Of a stretch of DNA of 64,000 nt, positions 17,868 to 28,991 are shown piece after piece (positions within the stretch are counted from its first letter, which is position 1; every line of letters starts with the position of its first letter). The DNA is taken from assembly GCF_009914755.1 (NCBI RefSeq), contig NC_060925.1, one strand, 5' to 3'. Under the pieces are notes generated by a model, which worked only from the letters and a program-made list of their open reading frames with translations, made no database searches and was not told the origin of the DNA. The DNA is from the human T2T-CHM13v2.0 reference genome, Homo sapiens. The position numbers were made by a program, and so were the translations under genes.

Positions 17868-17909
17868 CCACCTGGAATTAACTGTTGCCCACCTGAAATT
17901 AACTGTTGC
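17868..17909. repeat. 21-bp tandem duplication
   Basis: ccacctg(g/a)aattaactgttgc at 17868 and 17889. Confidence 0.9.
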
Positions 17910-18179
17910 CCTCCCTATGCTCCGGTGGCTATTGCAGTACAGGCTTGCTCTGTGAAGGGCTTTCACTGTGAAGAGTGTTTAACTGGATGGGCCCCAGGTG
18001 GCCCCAGCAGCCTGCCTTCCCTGCTAGTGAGGCCATGGGCTGGTGCATGCCAGCTCTGTCCACTTGAAGGGGGAAGGGTCCATCGTAGGGAGCCAGTGCA
18101 GCTGGCAGGGTTCAGGCCTGTGGGCACCGCTGGGGACAAAGCCACTCTGAATGCCTCTCAATGAGTGCTTGTGTTCTGG

Positions 18180-19330
18180 GAATGGGGGCGGGGTGACATC
18201 CAGCCTCTTTCCCTCTCCGCCCCCGACAGGATGTCCCAGGCTGGACGCGGCAGAGGAGGTCCCCCACAAGTGAAGGTCCAGCCCTGCTCCTCCAGGGTTG
18301 GCCCATGTGTCTGGGCATTCGGAGGTGGCACCAGGATCAGGGCTTCTGGAGTCCAGCATAGTGATTGGGCCCAGGCCGGGGGCGGGTCCAGGACACAGCC
18401 AGGCTTCCCTGGCCGCAGTGCCCAACTGCCCGCAGTGCCCATGGTGGCTCGGATGGGAGGAACCACCGCGGAGCCGGGGACAGGGGGAGCAGGGCAGTGC
18501 TCTGCTGGGTGAGGGGCACCCAGCTCCAGAGGCTAGGTGGGCGTCGCTGGTGGGTGGACTCCTGGGCGCTGCGCGGAGCCGCGCCGGCTGGGTTAGCGCG
18601 GGCGGGGCGCTTAGTCCCACCCCCAGAGGAGGCGGAAGAGGAGCCCGAGCCTGGCCGCGGGCTGGGCCCCGCCGCAGCTCCAGCTGGCCGGCTTGGTCCT
18701 GCGGTCCCTTCTCTGGGAGGCCCGACCCCGGCCGCGCCCAGCCCCCACCATGCCACCCGCGGGGCTCCGCCGGGCCGCGCCGCTCACCGCAATCGCTCTG
18801 TTGGTGCTGGGGGCTCCCCTGGGTAAGGGGATGGGGAGAGATGCGGCAGGAGTGGGATGGGGGCGGAGGAAGGGGAGGGACCGATCCGAGGGGCTTGGGC
18901 TCGGGGCTTCTCCGAGACCCTCCGGCTGCCACGGGAGCCTTGGGTGTTGCTGGGTCCTCAAGAAGCGGGAAGAGGGAGCTCCAGGATGCTGGGCCATGGG
19001 AGGCTGATCCCGGGGTGCAGGGTCAGCTTCAGGCAGAGGCCTCGGGGGCTCTGGGGCTGAGACCCTCAGGGTGGAGACAAGGGGCAACCCTCAGTGTTCG
19101 GGAGCCGTCAGGCTGGGGACCGCCGGGGGAGTGGGGCCGAGCGCGGCTGGGGATGAACTGGCCTGGTGGCCACTGGGCACCCCCAATCCCTGCCCGCAGT
19201 GCTGGCCGGCGAGGACTGCCTGTGGTACCTGGACCGGAATGGCTCCTGGCATCCGGGGTTTAACTGCGAGTTCTTCACCTTCTGCTGCGGGACCTGCTAC
19301 CATCGGTACTGCTGCAGGGACCTGACCTTG
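18180..19330. promoter_or_regulatory. SHISA4: CpG island / SHISA4 promoter with GC boxes
   Basis: Dense CpG and very high GC across exons 1-2; GGGGCGGG-type boxes near 18184, 18378 and 18600; no TATA seen. Confidence 0.85.
18750..18822 (+). CDS. SHISA4: SHISA4 exon 1, signal peptide (MPPAGLRRAAPLTAIALLVLGAPL)
   Basis: cccaccATG Kozak context; hydrophobic leader; G|gtaagg donor; 73 nt. Confidence 0.95.
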
Positions 19331-19371
19331 CTTATCACCGAGAGGCAGCAGAAGCACTGCCTGGCCTTCAG
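19200..19371 (+). CDS. SHISA4: SHISA4 exon 2, cysteine-rich Shisa domain (EDCLWY...FNCEFFTFCCGTCYHRYCC)
   Basis: cccgcag|TG acceptor, AG|gtgggt donor; 172 nt; Shisa C-C-CC-C-CC pattern. Confidence 0.97.
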
Positions 19372-20208
19372 GTGGGTTCCTGCCTCCTCACCCTCACCAC
19401 CTCCTCTATCCTTTTCTCCAGAGGCCTCCTCTTCCTCCCTCCCGGACTCCTGCCTCCTCCGTTGTCGACCTCCACATTCTTAGCTGAATAGAGTCACCAG
19501 GACTCAAGCCTGGCGGCAGAGCTAGGTGCTTAGGTGCTGGTGCCTGGGAGTTCCAGAAAAGGCATGTTAGTTACCTTCATAGGCTTTGACTGGGCCCGGG
19601 GTTTCCAGGTTCTTTCTGGAGCCCTCCCTTTGGTCCTGCCAGGTCATGGGGAGGGAGGGTTCAAGGTTAACACCCGGACGACAGTGTAGCTTTGTGGAAG
19701 AAGCTCTGGCACAAAGGCAGGAGACTTGGGTTTGATTCCCAGGTCCACTTCTTACTAGCTGTGTGATCTTGGAGAAGACACTTGCCTTCTATGGGTCATT
19801 GCTTGCCAAATTAGTGGTTGTCAAACTTTTTTTTAATATGTCATATATAAAATAGATATAGAGACTTCTGATTGAAGCGGGGTTTGGAAAAAATGGCTCT
19901 AGATTATTTCTAAGGCTCCTTTCAGTGTTATGCTGTATGTCTAATCATTTAAGTTGTAGATATAAAAGCAATGGTTGGGGGCGCACTGCAAATCCCCGTA
20001 TGCTTCACACTAGCCAGCCAGGCAGCATAGCCTTCTGGGAAGTGGAGGTCCTCTAAGATCTCCTTCACAGGGACTGGGCAGAGCCCCACAAGGAACCCCA
20101 AATCTCAGCATGCCATGGCCCCCCTGCTGGCCAGGAGTTGGAGCCAGCATAATGAGGACTCCGTCCTATGAGTGTTGGAAGGTGAGAGGACCTGTTCTTT
20201 GTCTAAAG

Positions 20209-20342
20209 CCCCAAGACCATAGCAGGCATCGCCTCAGCTGTGATCCTCTTTGTTGCTGTGGTTGCCACCACCATCTGCTGCTTCCTCTGTTCCTGTTGCT
20301 ACCTGTACCGCCGGCGCCAGCAGCTCCAGAGCCCATTTGAAG
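20209..20342 (+). CDS. SHISA4: SHISA4 exon 3, transmembrane helix plus juxtamembrane cysteines
   Basis: gtctaaag|C acceptor, G|gtacac donor; 134 nt; IAGIASAVILFVAVVATTICCFLCSCCYLYRRR. Confidence 0.95.
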
Positions 20343-21155
20343 GTACACCCAGTACTGGGCAAGAAGGGCCTCAGATGGGCTGGGCTAAGTCCAATAATGG
20401 GCAGCAGAGAGTTCATGGATTGGGTAAATTCTGTAGTAGTATGTGCTTCTGTATACACACACCTGCCAGCATGAAAACCCAGAAAAATGCTTGTAAACCC
20501 GTGAATATTAGAATGTGCCTGGGATATATGGAACATCAGACTTTGTGTGCATTTCTGTGCATACACATGAAGATTCAAATGTGTACAGGAGTGCAGTCTG
20601 TCAACAATAGTGGGTGCAGTGGGTGTATGCATACATATGACTCTTAGTAAGTACACGGGGTCAGGTCTGTAGTGATGAACATTAATTGAGTGTGCTCCAG
20701 TGGATGGCAAAATATGTGCCTGAGTGTTGGCATGTGATGCACATATGCCACAACCTGATGGACATGGGGACAGTGATGCCATACGGGAGATCAGTGTGGG
20801 AGGGAAGGGCTAGGAGAAGACCCTCTTAGTGGCAGCTCTGCTGGATTACAGGATACCAGCCCTGAGCTGTCCCCTTCTTGCCCAAGTGAGATATTCCCTG
20901 GGCTGTGCTCCCTGGTTCATGAGGTCTCTGAAACCTGCTGAGGGGAGCAAACTTGCTCAACACAGATTGACCAGCTGGGGCCACGTGCACAGCTCCCTGC
21001 TTAACTCTGCCAAGCAGGGTGTGGGAGGCAAAGATGGCCAGCCTGGAGCTTGCCAGAGGCCAGCACCAGGGTGCTTACCTTGGTTTCCTGGGCAGGAGGA
21101 GGAGGCTTCCCATAGGAGATGGGTCTCTGAATGCTGATCCTTCTCCCCCATCTAG

Positions 21156-21323
21156 GCCAGGAGATTCCAATGACAGGCATCCCAGTGCAGCCAGTATACC
21201 CATACCCCCAGGACCCCAAAGCTGGCCCTGCACCCCCACAGCCTGGCTTCATGTACCCACCTAGTGGTCCTGCTCCCCAATATCCACTCTACCCAGCTGG
21301 GCCCCCAGTCTACAACCCTGCAG
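21156..21323 (+). CDS. SHISA4: SHISA4 exon 4, Pro/Tyr-rich cytoplasmic tail including PPVY
   Basis: catctag|GC acceptor, G|gtaagt donor; 168 nt. Confidence 0.96.
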
Positions 21324-21554
21324 GTAAGTAAGCAATCTGGAGCCCCTTGCTGCTGCCTTCCCCCACCCCTTGCCCTGCGACCTCCCCTGTGCCTCTCTCA
21401 TTCTCAGATTCCCTCTCCCAGACTTCCTCCACCTCTAGCCCGAAACCTCCAGGCCCACTCTTCCCTATGGGTCCTGTCTGCCCCGGGGGCAGGGGTGTTA
21501 CTTTTCGTCCACCTATGCCACCACTCACCCTCATCCTGTCTCTTTGGCTTTCAG

Positions 21555-21601
21555 CTCCTCCTCCCTATATGCCACCACAGCCCTCTTACCCGGGAGCCTG
21601 A
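21555..21601 (+). CDS. SHISA4: SHISA4 exon 5 coding part (PPPYMPPQPSYPGA*)
   Basis: ggctttcag|CT acceptor, TGA at 21599-21601; five exons total 594 nt = 197 aa + stop. Confidence 0.96.
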
Positions 21602-22036
21602 GGAACCAGCCATGTCTCTGCTGCCCCTTCAGTGATGCCAACGTTGGGAGATGCCCTCATCCTGTACCTGCATCTGGTCCTGGGGGTGGCAGGAGTCCTC
21701 CAGCCACCAGGCCCCAGACCAAGCCAAGCCCTGGGCCCTACTGGGGACAGAGCCCCAGGGAAGTGGAACAGGAGCTGAACTAGAACTATGAGGGGTTGGG
21801 GGGAGGGCTTGGAATTATGGGCTATTTTTACTGGGGGCAAGGGAGGGAGATGACAGCCTGGGTCACAGTGCCTGTTTTCAAATAGTCCCTCTGCTCCCAA
21901 GATCCCAGCCAGGAAGGCTGGGGCCCTACTGTTTGTCCCCTCTGGGCTGGGGTGGGGGGAGGGAGGAGGTTCCGTCAGCAGCTGGCAGTAGCCCTCCTCT
22001 CTGGCTGCCCCACTGGCCACATCTCTGGCCTGCTAG

Positions 22037-22042
22037 ATTAAA
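22037..22042 (+). terminator. SHISA4: SHISA4 poly(A) signal ATTAAA
   Basis: First strong hexamer after the stop; about 440 nt 3' UTR. Confidence 0.7.
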
Positions 22043-22466
22043 GCTGTAAAGACATAACTCATATCAGTCGCATCATTGGACCCATCCACACCTTCCAGGA
22101 ACACCGCCTTCAGCTGGGCCCAGACTGTTGCCCACTCCATATTCCAAAAGTAGGGGAGGGCCAGCACCAGCATCGGAGCACAGCACCATCCTCACCCCCA
22201 TCCACAAGCAGACCAAGGCGGACTGTTCCTGGCTTCCTAAAGGCTTCCTAAAGACAATGAGGTGAATTTTGCCACAGCTCTGAAGAGATGCTCGTTTGCA
22301 CTACAGATATTCCCTGCTAGGGATCAACAGCTCTACAACAGCTGAGGCACTGCTAACTGTACAAAGGCAGTTCCCATTCAGGTACCCTTAGATTCATTCT
22401 GGGCCCCACCACTTTCTGACCTTGGCCATGTCTCCAAAGGTTCCCAAGCCTCAATGTCCTTATCTA

Positions 22467-22799
<333 letters not shown>

Positions 22800-25700
22800 C
22801 AAATGGGGATAATACCCCATGGCTGTCAGGAGGGTGAAATAGTATGTACATGAAACTGTTAGTCCTGTGCTTTCCTTCCTGATTAGAGATCCTAGAACTA
22901 GGAGCCAGGTAGAGACACTGGGTGACCCAAGAATCTGGTGCAAGGTGCTTCTGTCAGCTGCTTGGGTTGCCAGTCCCCAGGCCCATGTCTGTGACCCCCA
23001 CTGAGCCACACAGTGGGGGATATGACCTTTTCTCCCCCTCCTCCCACAAATATTGCCTAGAAGAGCCCCCCTACCTCTGGAGCTGCCTGGCTGTCTTCCC
23101 TCTCCTTGTTCCCTGGGGTCATGGTCCTTGTGCTCTCAGGACTTGTCTGGTGACAGATCCAGGGAAGGAAGTTTTATTGTTTTTAACTCAAGTGGGAAAA
23201 GTGTCAGCTCAGCTTGGCAAAGCCCCACCAATGAAGAGCCCCTCCCCTCTCCAAGCCCCTTATCCAAGTATCCTCTAAGCCCAGCCCTCCTTTTCTCCCC
23301 ATCCACAGGTACTCCAGCCCCACTGCAGCCTCAGGCTTTGCTCTCCTGCCCTGCCCGCTCAGACCTCTGGGATCCTGCAGCCCAGCTGGGTTCTGGATAT
23401 GGCCGTTGTGCTGACCATGCCCCCAGGGCCTTCTGCCACCCACATACTCTTGAGGATTATCTCTTGTCACGCAGCCTGGAAGGCAAGAGCTCCTGGGCCA
23501 GGGTTTTGGGGCCAGGGTCAGAAATTCCCCTGGGCAGAGCTCTGCCCCTAGATTCATGGCTTTCCCCTTCCCAGTGAAATCTTCATGGGGCCCACATGTC
23601 TGCCCCTGGATCAGACCCAGACAGGGAGGGGCTGCTGATGCTGGTAGAGACAGAGCTGAGGCCACAGGTACAAATCCTCTTTCTCTTTGAGGGTGGGGAC
23701 AAGAGGTGGGAGCTGGAGCCCTGGAGTGCCTGGCTTCACAATTTAGGAAAGAGGGTCTCCAAGTCATCTGAGGTTTGGAGTGCAGTCTCCTCTCTCCTGA
23801 AGCTGGGAGCTGGAAGAGATCTACATATTAAGGTTTTTTAGTTTCTCCGAGAAATGATGTGTAAATGTATGCAAGGTGATGCCAGTCAGAATTAATTATC
23901 CTTGAATCAACAACCTGGTGCCAATGAAAAAATGCTTTGTAGTCTGGGATAGGAGGCAGGTTTACCCTAGCCATAGCTGAGACTGGAAGAGTAGAGTTGC
24001 CCCATTTCCAGTCAACTAACTCTGCAAAACACTGAAGAGAATTCTAAGAAAAGGAGCAAAACTGTGACAGAGTAGGACTTTCACATGCTCTGAGCAGTGA
24101 AGAGGTCTCTCACATATCCTGGAGTTCTTTAAATGGAGGCAATCACCCCTACGTCTCTTCCCAAACCACTGCAGTCTCCTCTGACCCCACCTCATCTGAC
24201 TCATCATCTGGGAAACAAGGGGAGCCCAGCAGGGCCAGGGGAGTACAAAGCTGTAGTTGCCCCTCCGGATCGCCTTGTTCCTCAGCTAGCACCCCTGAAA
24301 GCCAATCAGGCACTCTATAAGGGCAGGCAGGAGTGAGGGTGGGAGGGGCAGTGTCCCTCAAGGATTGGGGGACCTCAATAGTGTCAATAGGGTCCTGCTA
24401 GGCTGGGAGGGAATGGTGAATCCCCCAAAGGGCGGTCTGGAAGGCACATGTGGAGAAGAGGGGCATTTTTAGACAAAAGCAAGAGGAGTGCATTCTTAGG
24501 GCAGGAATCTTGCCAGGCTGGGCCTGCTCAAGGGAAAGCGGATCTCACAGGTGGATGGGAGGGGTCAGGTGCAGGGGAAGGAGCTAGGGCAGGGACACAT
24601 GGAAATACAATGGGCAGGGGGAGAAAGGTTGGCAAGAAAGGAGAGACACCTTGGGTGAGGGGAGAAGGGGAGCCCCCCACAAGAGGTGAACAGAAGGGAG
24701 GTACTTCAGGCAAAGAGTAAAGGAGGGAGGGGCAAGTAAGGGAAGGGCCCTAGAGGGCTGGAGGAAGGAGGGAGGGAGGGAGGGGTAGGAGGGGCATAGA
24801 CAGGATGAGTGGGAGGTGCTGGGGGAAGGGTGCTGAGGGGGGCCACACTCTCTTGGCCACTCTTAGGCCAGCAGCCTAGCCCAGCACCACAGCAACACAG
24901 GCCCTAGTTAGGCCAAACTCAGAGGTCAGGAGCCCCAGCCTGGCCATGCAGGGTGAAGGGTAGGGGGCAGCACATGGCACTCCCGACTTGGTGGTCCAGA
25001 AGCTCATGGGTGACCTGCATCCAGATCTCATGTTTCTTAAAGAGTGCCACATGTGTGACACAGTGCCCAGGCCTAGAGCCCCTTGCTCACCTGCAGGTTG
25101 AGCTTCTGTAAGGACAAGTGAGGCCAGCGCCTTGGCAGCTGCTGGTGCCTGCCATCCCACCCACAGCCAGCACCAGGGCCTAGGTCCCAGTGCTGGGAAG
25201 GTGGAGGGAAAGACGCTTTTCCCATCTGGATAGGACCAGGAGGCAAGAAGCTTGGGGTGCAACGGCTGGGCCCTGCGGGCCGGGAGAGCTGAGAGGTGAA
25301 GCCTCCCTTCCTTGCAGGTAGGAGCTAGGGAATGTGATTCTCCAGGAAGTGATGGAGGGTGGGGGGGCAGAGTGGAGGATATGACAGTGGGGGCTGCAGG
25401 CAGAGACCGTGGAGGTCAGACCGTGGCTTCATCCAGGTTGCTAGATGAACCCAGAGGTAAGAGACTTGGGTTCAAATCCTGATTCATCAACTTCGACAAG
25501 TCATTTTCTATCTTCGAACCTCTTTTTTTGTCCTTGTACAGTACAGGCACCAGACAAGGATAGAGCCTTTCTGGATTTCCCTCTCTAAGTTTTAGGAAAG
25601 GAAGCAGGATAGATGGGTGACTGCCAGTGTTGGTGGGGCAGGTGGGCAGCAGTGGGTGCGTGGCGCAGCAGAAACACAGCCTCCAGAGTTTGGGCCCCTT

Positions 25701-26204
25701 TTCCGAAGCTCACCAGGCTATCTGCCCATCTTTTCCTCCCCCTCCCTCTAACTGCCTCCCTCCCCTGGTCCCTAGCACAGCTCCAGGGCACCCCTGGAGC
25801 AGCTGGAGAATCTGGGTTGCGGTCCACCCCCAGGTGGCGCTGTGCTCCCGCACCAGGTTCAAGTGCACTAGAGGAGTGATGACATCATCCAGGACGGAAA
25901 CAGCATCCCCACCGCGGGAGCACCGAGGAAGAGGGCAGCTCACTTGTTGCTCAGGACAGTAGGGAGTGGTTTTTCTCTCTGGCTAAATCATGTTTGAAGT
26001 TTGGTAGAAAGGGCTTCCTAAGGTGACAGGTTCTATTGGACCCTTAAGATTTGGAGGCAGGTTGTTTGGGTTCAGGTGAGCGTCCAGTGCTTTCCTGCAG
26101 CACCGTCACAGCCTTATTTCAGTGAGGGAAGGAAGGGGAGCTGTTAATGAGAAGCAGTTCTATGGCCTGAAGACCTGGGCTCAAAACAAAACCAACAAAC
26201 AAAA

Positions 26205-26370
26205 CAGACCTGAGCTCTGACTTTTATTAGCTGTGTGATCATGGATATATTAGTTAACCTCTCTGGGCCAAATTCTATCTGCAAAATAGAATATTGGTAT
26301 CCACCTCACAGAGTTGAAGGATCAGCTGAAGCAACCTAAAGCATCTAGCTAGTGCCCAGTGCCCAGCAGG
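26205..26370 (+). mobile_element. MIR, antisense to LMOD1, overlapping its poly(A) site
   Basis: ttagctgtgtgatcatgg...gttaacctctctgggcc...atctgcaaaata...ccacctcacagagttg matches the MIR core. Confidence 0.8.
26223..26228 (-). terminator. LMOD1: LMOD1 distal poly(A) signal AATAAA with a GU/U-rich downstream element
   Basis: tttatt on +; downstream on - is GGTCTGTTTTGTTTGTTGGTTTTGTTTTG (26182-26210). Confidence 0.8.
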
Positions 26371-27272
26371 CACAGGGGGGTGCAGTGGGGCTGACAGTGA
26401 GGGCTGACAGTGGAAGCTCTAGCTGGCCTTAGCTCCAGCTCATACCCTTTAGGTCCAGGAGCCAGTGTGTGTCTGTCTCCTCTCCTCTGGGCCCAGTGAT
26501 TGCTTAGGTGACTGGGGTGACAGGCAAGTGGGTGGAGGGAATGGAGAAGAGTGTACCCTGGGATCTGAGGGCTTTACCCCCAGGACTAGACTGCCCTCTG
26601 GTTTTGGTCAGACCTAGCACAGCGATCTTGCTTCCTAGCTGGGGCACCCCACCCTCACCTCAAAGATGGTGAAACTGCTGTGCCTCCTGCTGTTGAGGCA
26701 ACCTGGAGGCAGAGAAACCTACAAGTGACACAGACCCAAGGTGGCAGTTCCACAGTGCCAAGGGGTGGCAGCACCTTCAAGAGAATGAAATTCAGAAAGA
26801 TGCCTTTCACCTACACCCGATGGTGGGCATGGCAGCATTGTCAGCATTCCTGCAGTTGGGGCAGGAAGTGGAATTGGTGAGCAGGTGGGGAGGGCTGGGG
26901 AAGATGAGGCCCCTCTGAGCCCTAGGGCACACAGATATGGGTGCTATTCTCCAAATAGTCACTCCACTTCTCTGCCTGCCGCCTTCCTGGGCCTGTGACT
27001 GCTGTGAGGACCTGGCCCTGAGCCCATGGTTAGGCAGAGTCATGGAATGAGCATCCCTGAACATGCCTAATATAGCCATCCCAGCACCCTGGGCTCCACT
27101 CTGCCCCAGCACCCCTGAGAACAACTCTGGCTACTGACTCCAGGCAGCAGGACTGGTTCAGGAGCAGACCTAGTAGAGGCCTGGCCTTCTAGACCTGGAC
27201 AACCAGGTCAGTGGAGAGTCTTCTGCTTAGAGTTCAGATTTTCCTCCATGCTGCACTTTCTGAGGATGTGAA

Positions 27273-27278
27273 TTTATT
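27273..27278 (-). terminator. LMOD1: Candidate proximal LMOD1 poly(A) signal AATAAA
   Basis: tttatt on +, about 850 nt past the stop; downstream element weaker than at the distal site. Confidence 0.4.
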
Positions 27279-28126
27279 TCTTGGCCAACTCAAATAGTGT
27301 GGCAGGGAACCTGAGCTTCTAGAGTCCTCCAGGGAGCCCAGGGTTAGGATCAGGACTCACAGTTCAGGACAACAGGTGGGGCACAGCCATTCACAGCTAA
27401 AGGTTTGTATATATTATCAAAATCTTATGGAAAAACAGATACACAGCTATTCATACAGCAGCAGGTGGGTGTGAGGAAAATGTCTGCTTTGGCATCAAAC
27501 CTTCAAGTCCAGCTGCTGTCTGTCCCACTCCTCCTGTCTGGAGCCTACTCCCATCAGGCACTGTGCATCCAGGCCACTGCCCCTGCCACATCCTCTAATT
27601 AGCCTGGACTTTGGGGTATCCTCAGCCCCTCCCCACGCTCCCCTTTGGGCCCCCATGCCTCTCCATCTTTCTGCCATTTTCCCACACAGAGTGCCACTGG
27701 CCCAGCAGCTTTGCCCCGTGGGCTCCTCAGAGGCCTGAATCCTGGCCCTGGAGGGCAGTGGGGCTGGGGTGGATGTGGTCCCTGTGGGACATCTTTCCTG
27801 GATCACAGGCCTTTTGCAGCTTGCCAGCTACATGGGCCCTGGACAGTGCCATCTTCTCAGTGATGTGCTAAAAGGACTCTTCTTGTCCAGAAACCTGAGC
27901 TCCATGTACTAAAGCAAAATTTGGAGAGCCTCAGAGACAAGAAAAGGAAAGTGAGAAGAGATAAGGCATCCTTCCTTGAGCGTGACCCAGGCCTGGACTC
28001 TCCCATGGCAGAATAGGGACATCCACAGCAGGTCAGCCAGGGATGGGGTGGGCAGGGTCTGTGTAGCCCTGGGAGGTGAGGCCTGAGCAGTCATGGCATT
28101 GGCAGATGGTGCCTGGCAGCCTGGTC

Positions 28127-28153
28127 CTACTGAAGCAGTTTGGGCACTTCCAC
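28127..28153 (-). CDS. LMOD1: LMOD1 exon 3 coding part (VEVPKLLQ*), end of the WH2 region
   Basis: ctaac branch-like motif, pyrimidine tract, ctacag|GTG GAA GTG CCC AAA CTG CTT CAG TAG; completes the LKKV WH2 motif. Confidence 0.93.
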   Translation of the reverse strand: MEVPKLLQ

Positions 28154-28991
28154 CTGTAGGGGCAAAGTAGAGACAGGTTAGAGAAGGGAGCTCAGCCACC
28201 TCACCTCCCTCCCTACTGGAAGGACACACAAGACACTGCAATATGTTATGTCTGTGGAATGTGAATGAGGTGTTGACACTGAGGGAGCATTTTTCATTGT
28301 CTGTAAAAATTGGATGTCATTGAGTGACCACTGGAATTACAATTGAGATTTTCCTTTATCTCATGATACCTTGTCCCAGATGATGTTGTGGGGGTTGGGT
28401 ATCCAACCAAATGGACAAACGATCGTGGACTTTGTCACCCAGGCCAGACTTCCAGGGGAGGCAGGGCTTGGAGAAGTAGGGTGTCCAGGGATGGCTCCTG
28501 TGTCCATGGCACTGGCTAGGCAAAGGTAGACTCTCCTGAGAGGTGAATCTCCCAGAGACCTTTCGGATGGACTGACCTGTAGGACTTGGCTGGTCCTGAG
28601 AGGAGGCTAAGTAAAACGTGGATCATTTTTGTTTGGGGAAATGGAGAAGACTTAAAGGAAGGACCCGAGGCAAAACTACTCTGTAGAGGCCATTTCTCCA
28701 TTTTAAGGAGAAACAGGCTTCATTGCAGAATGAAAGAGAAGCATGGAGTGAGGTATTAAAGGAAGCTCCTTAAAGGAAGGGTAGAGTCTCAGCTCTAGGG
28801 GATATACAGGTGTGACCTGCCTGCAGGCAGGAGGATGCATGAGATGACCTGAAGTCCCCTATGGGCCCTGGGAGTCTATATCATCTGCAGCCGACATAAG
28901 CTCCTCTGCATGCCTTCCCTTTTGCAGTCCTACCCTCTCCTCCAGGCCCTACCCAGCCCCGCCCTGTTGGCTCATGCCCACAACTACTTAA

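Larger units (their letters stand above)
26208..28126 (-). other. LMOD1: LMOD1 3' UTR (about 1.9 kb)
   Basis: Lies between the TAG stop and the distal poly(A) site; cleavage position approximate. Confidence 0.75.

Noticed and set aside
18024-19263. Several 100-320-aa ORFs over the SHISA4 5' region
   Set aside because: Stop-codon scarcity in a GC-rich island; Gly/Pro/Arg-biased, cross exon-intron boundaries, no recognisable family
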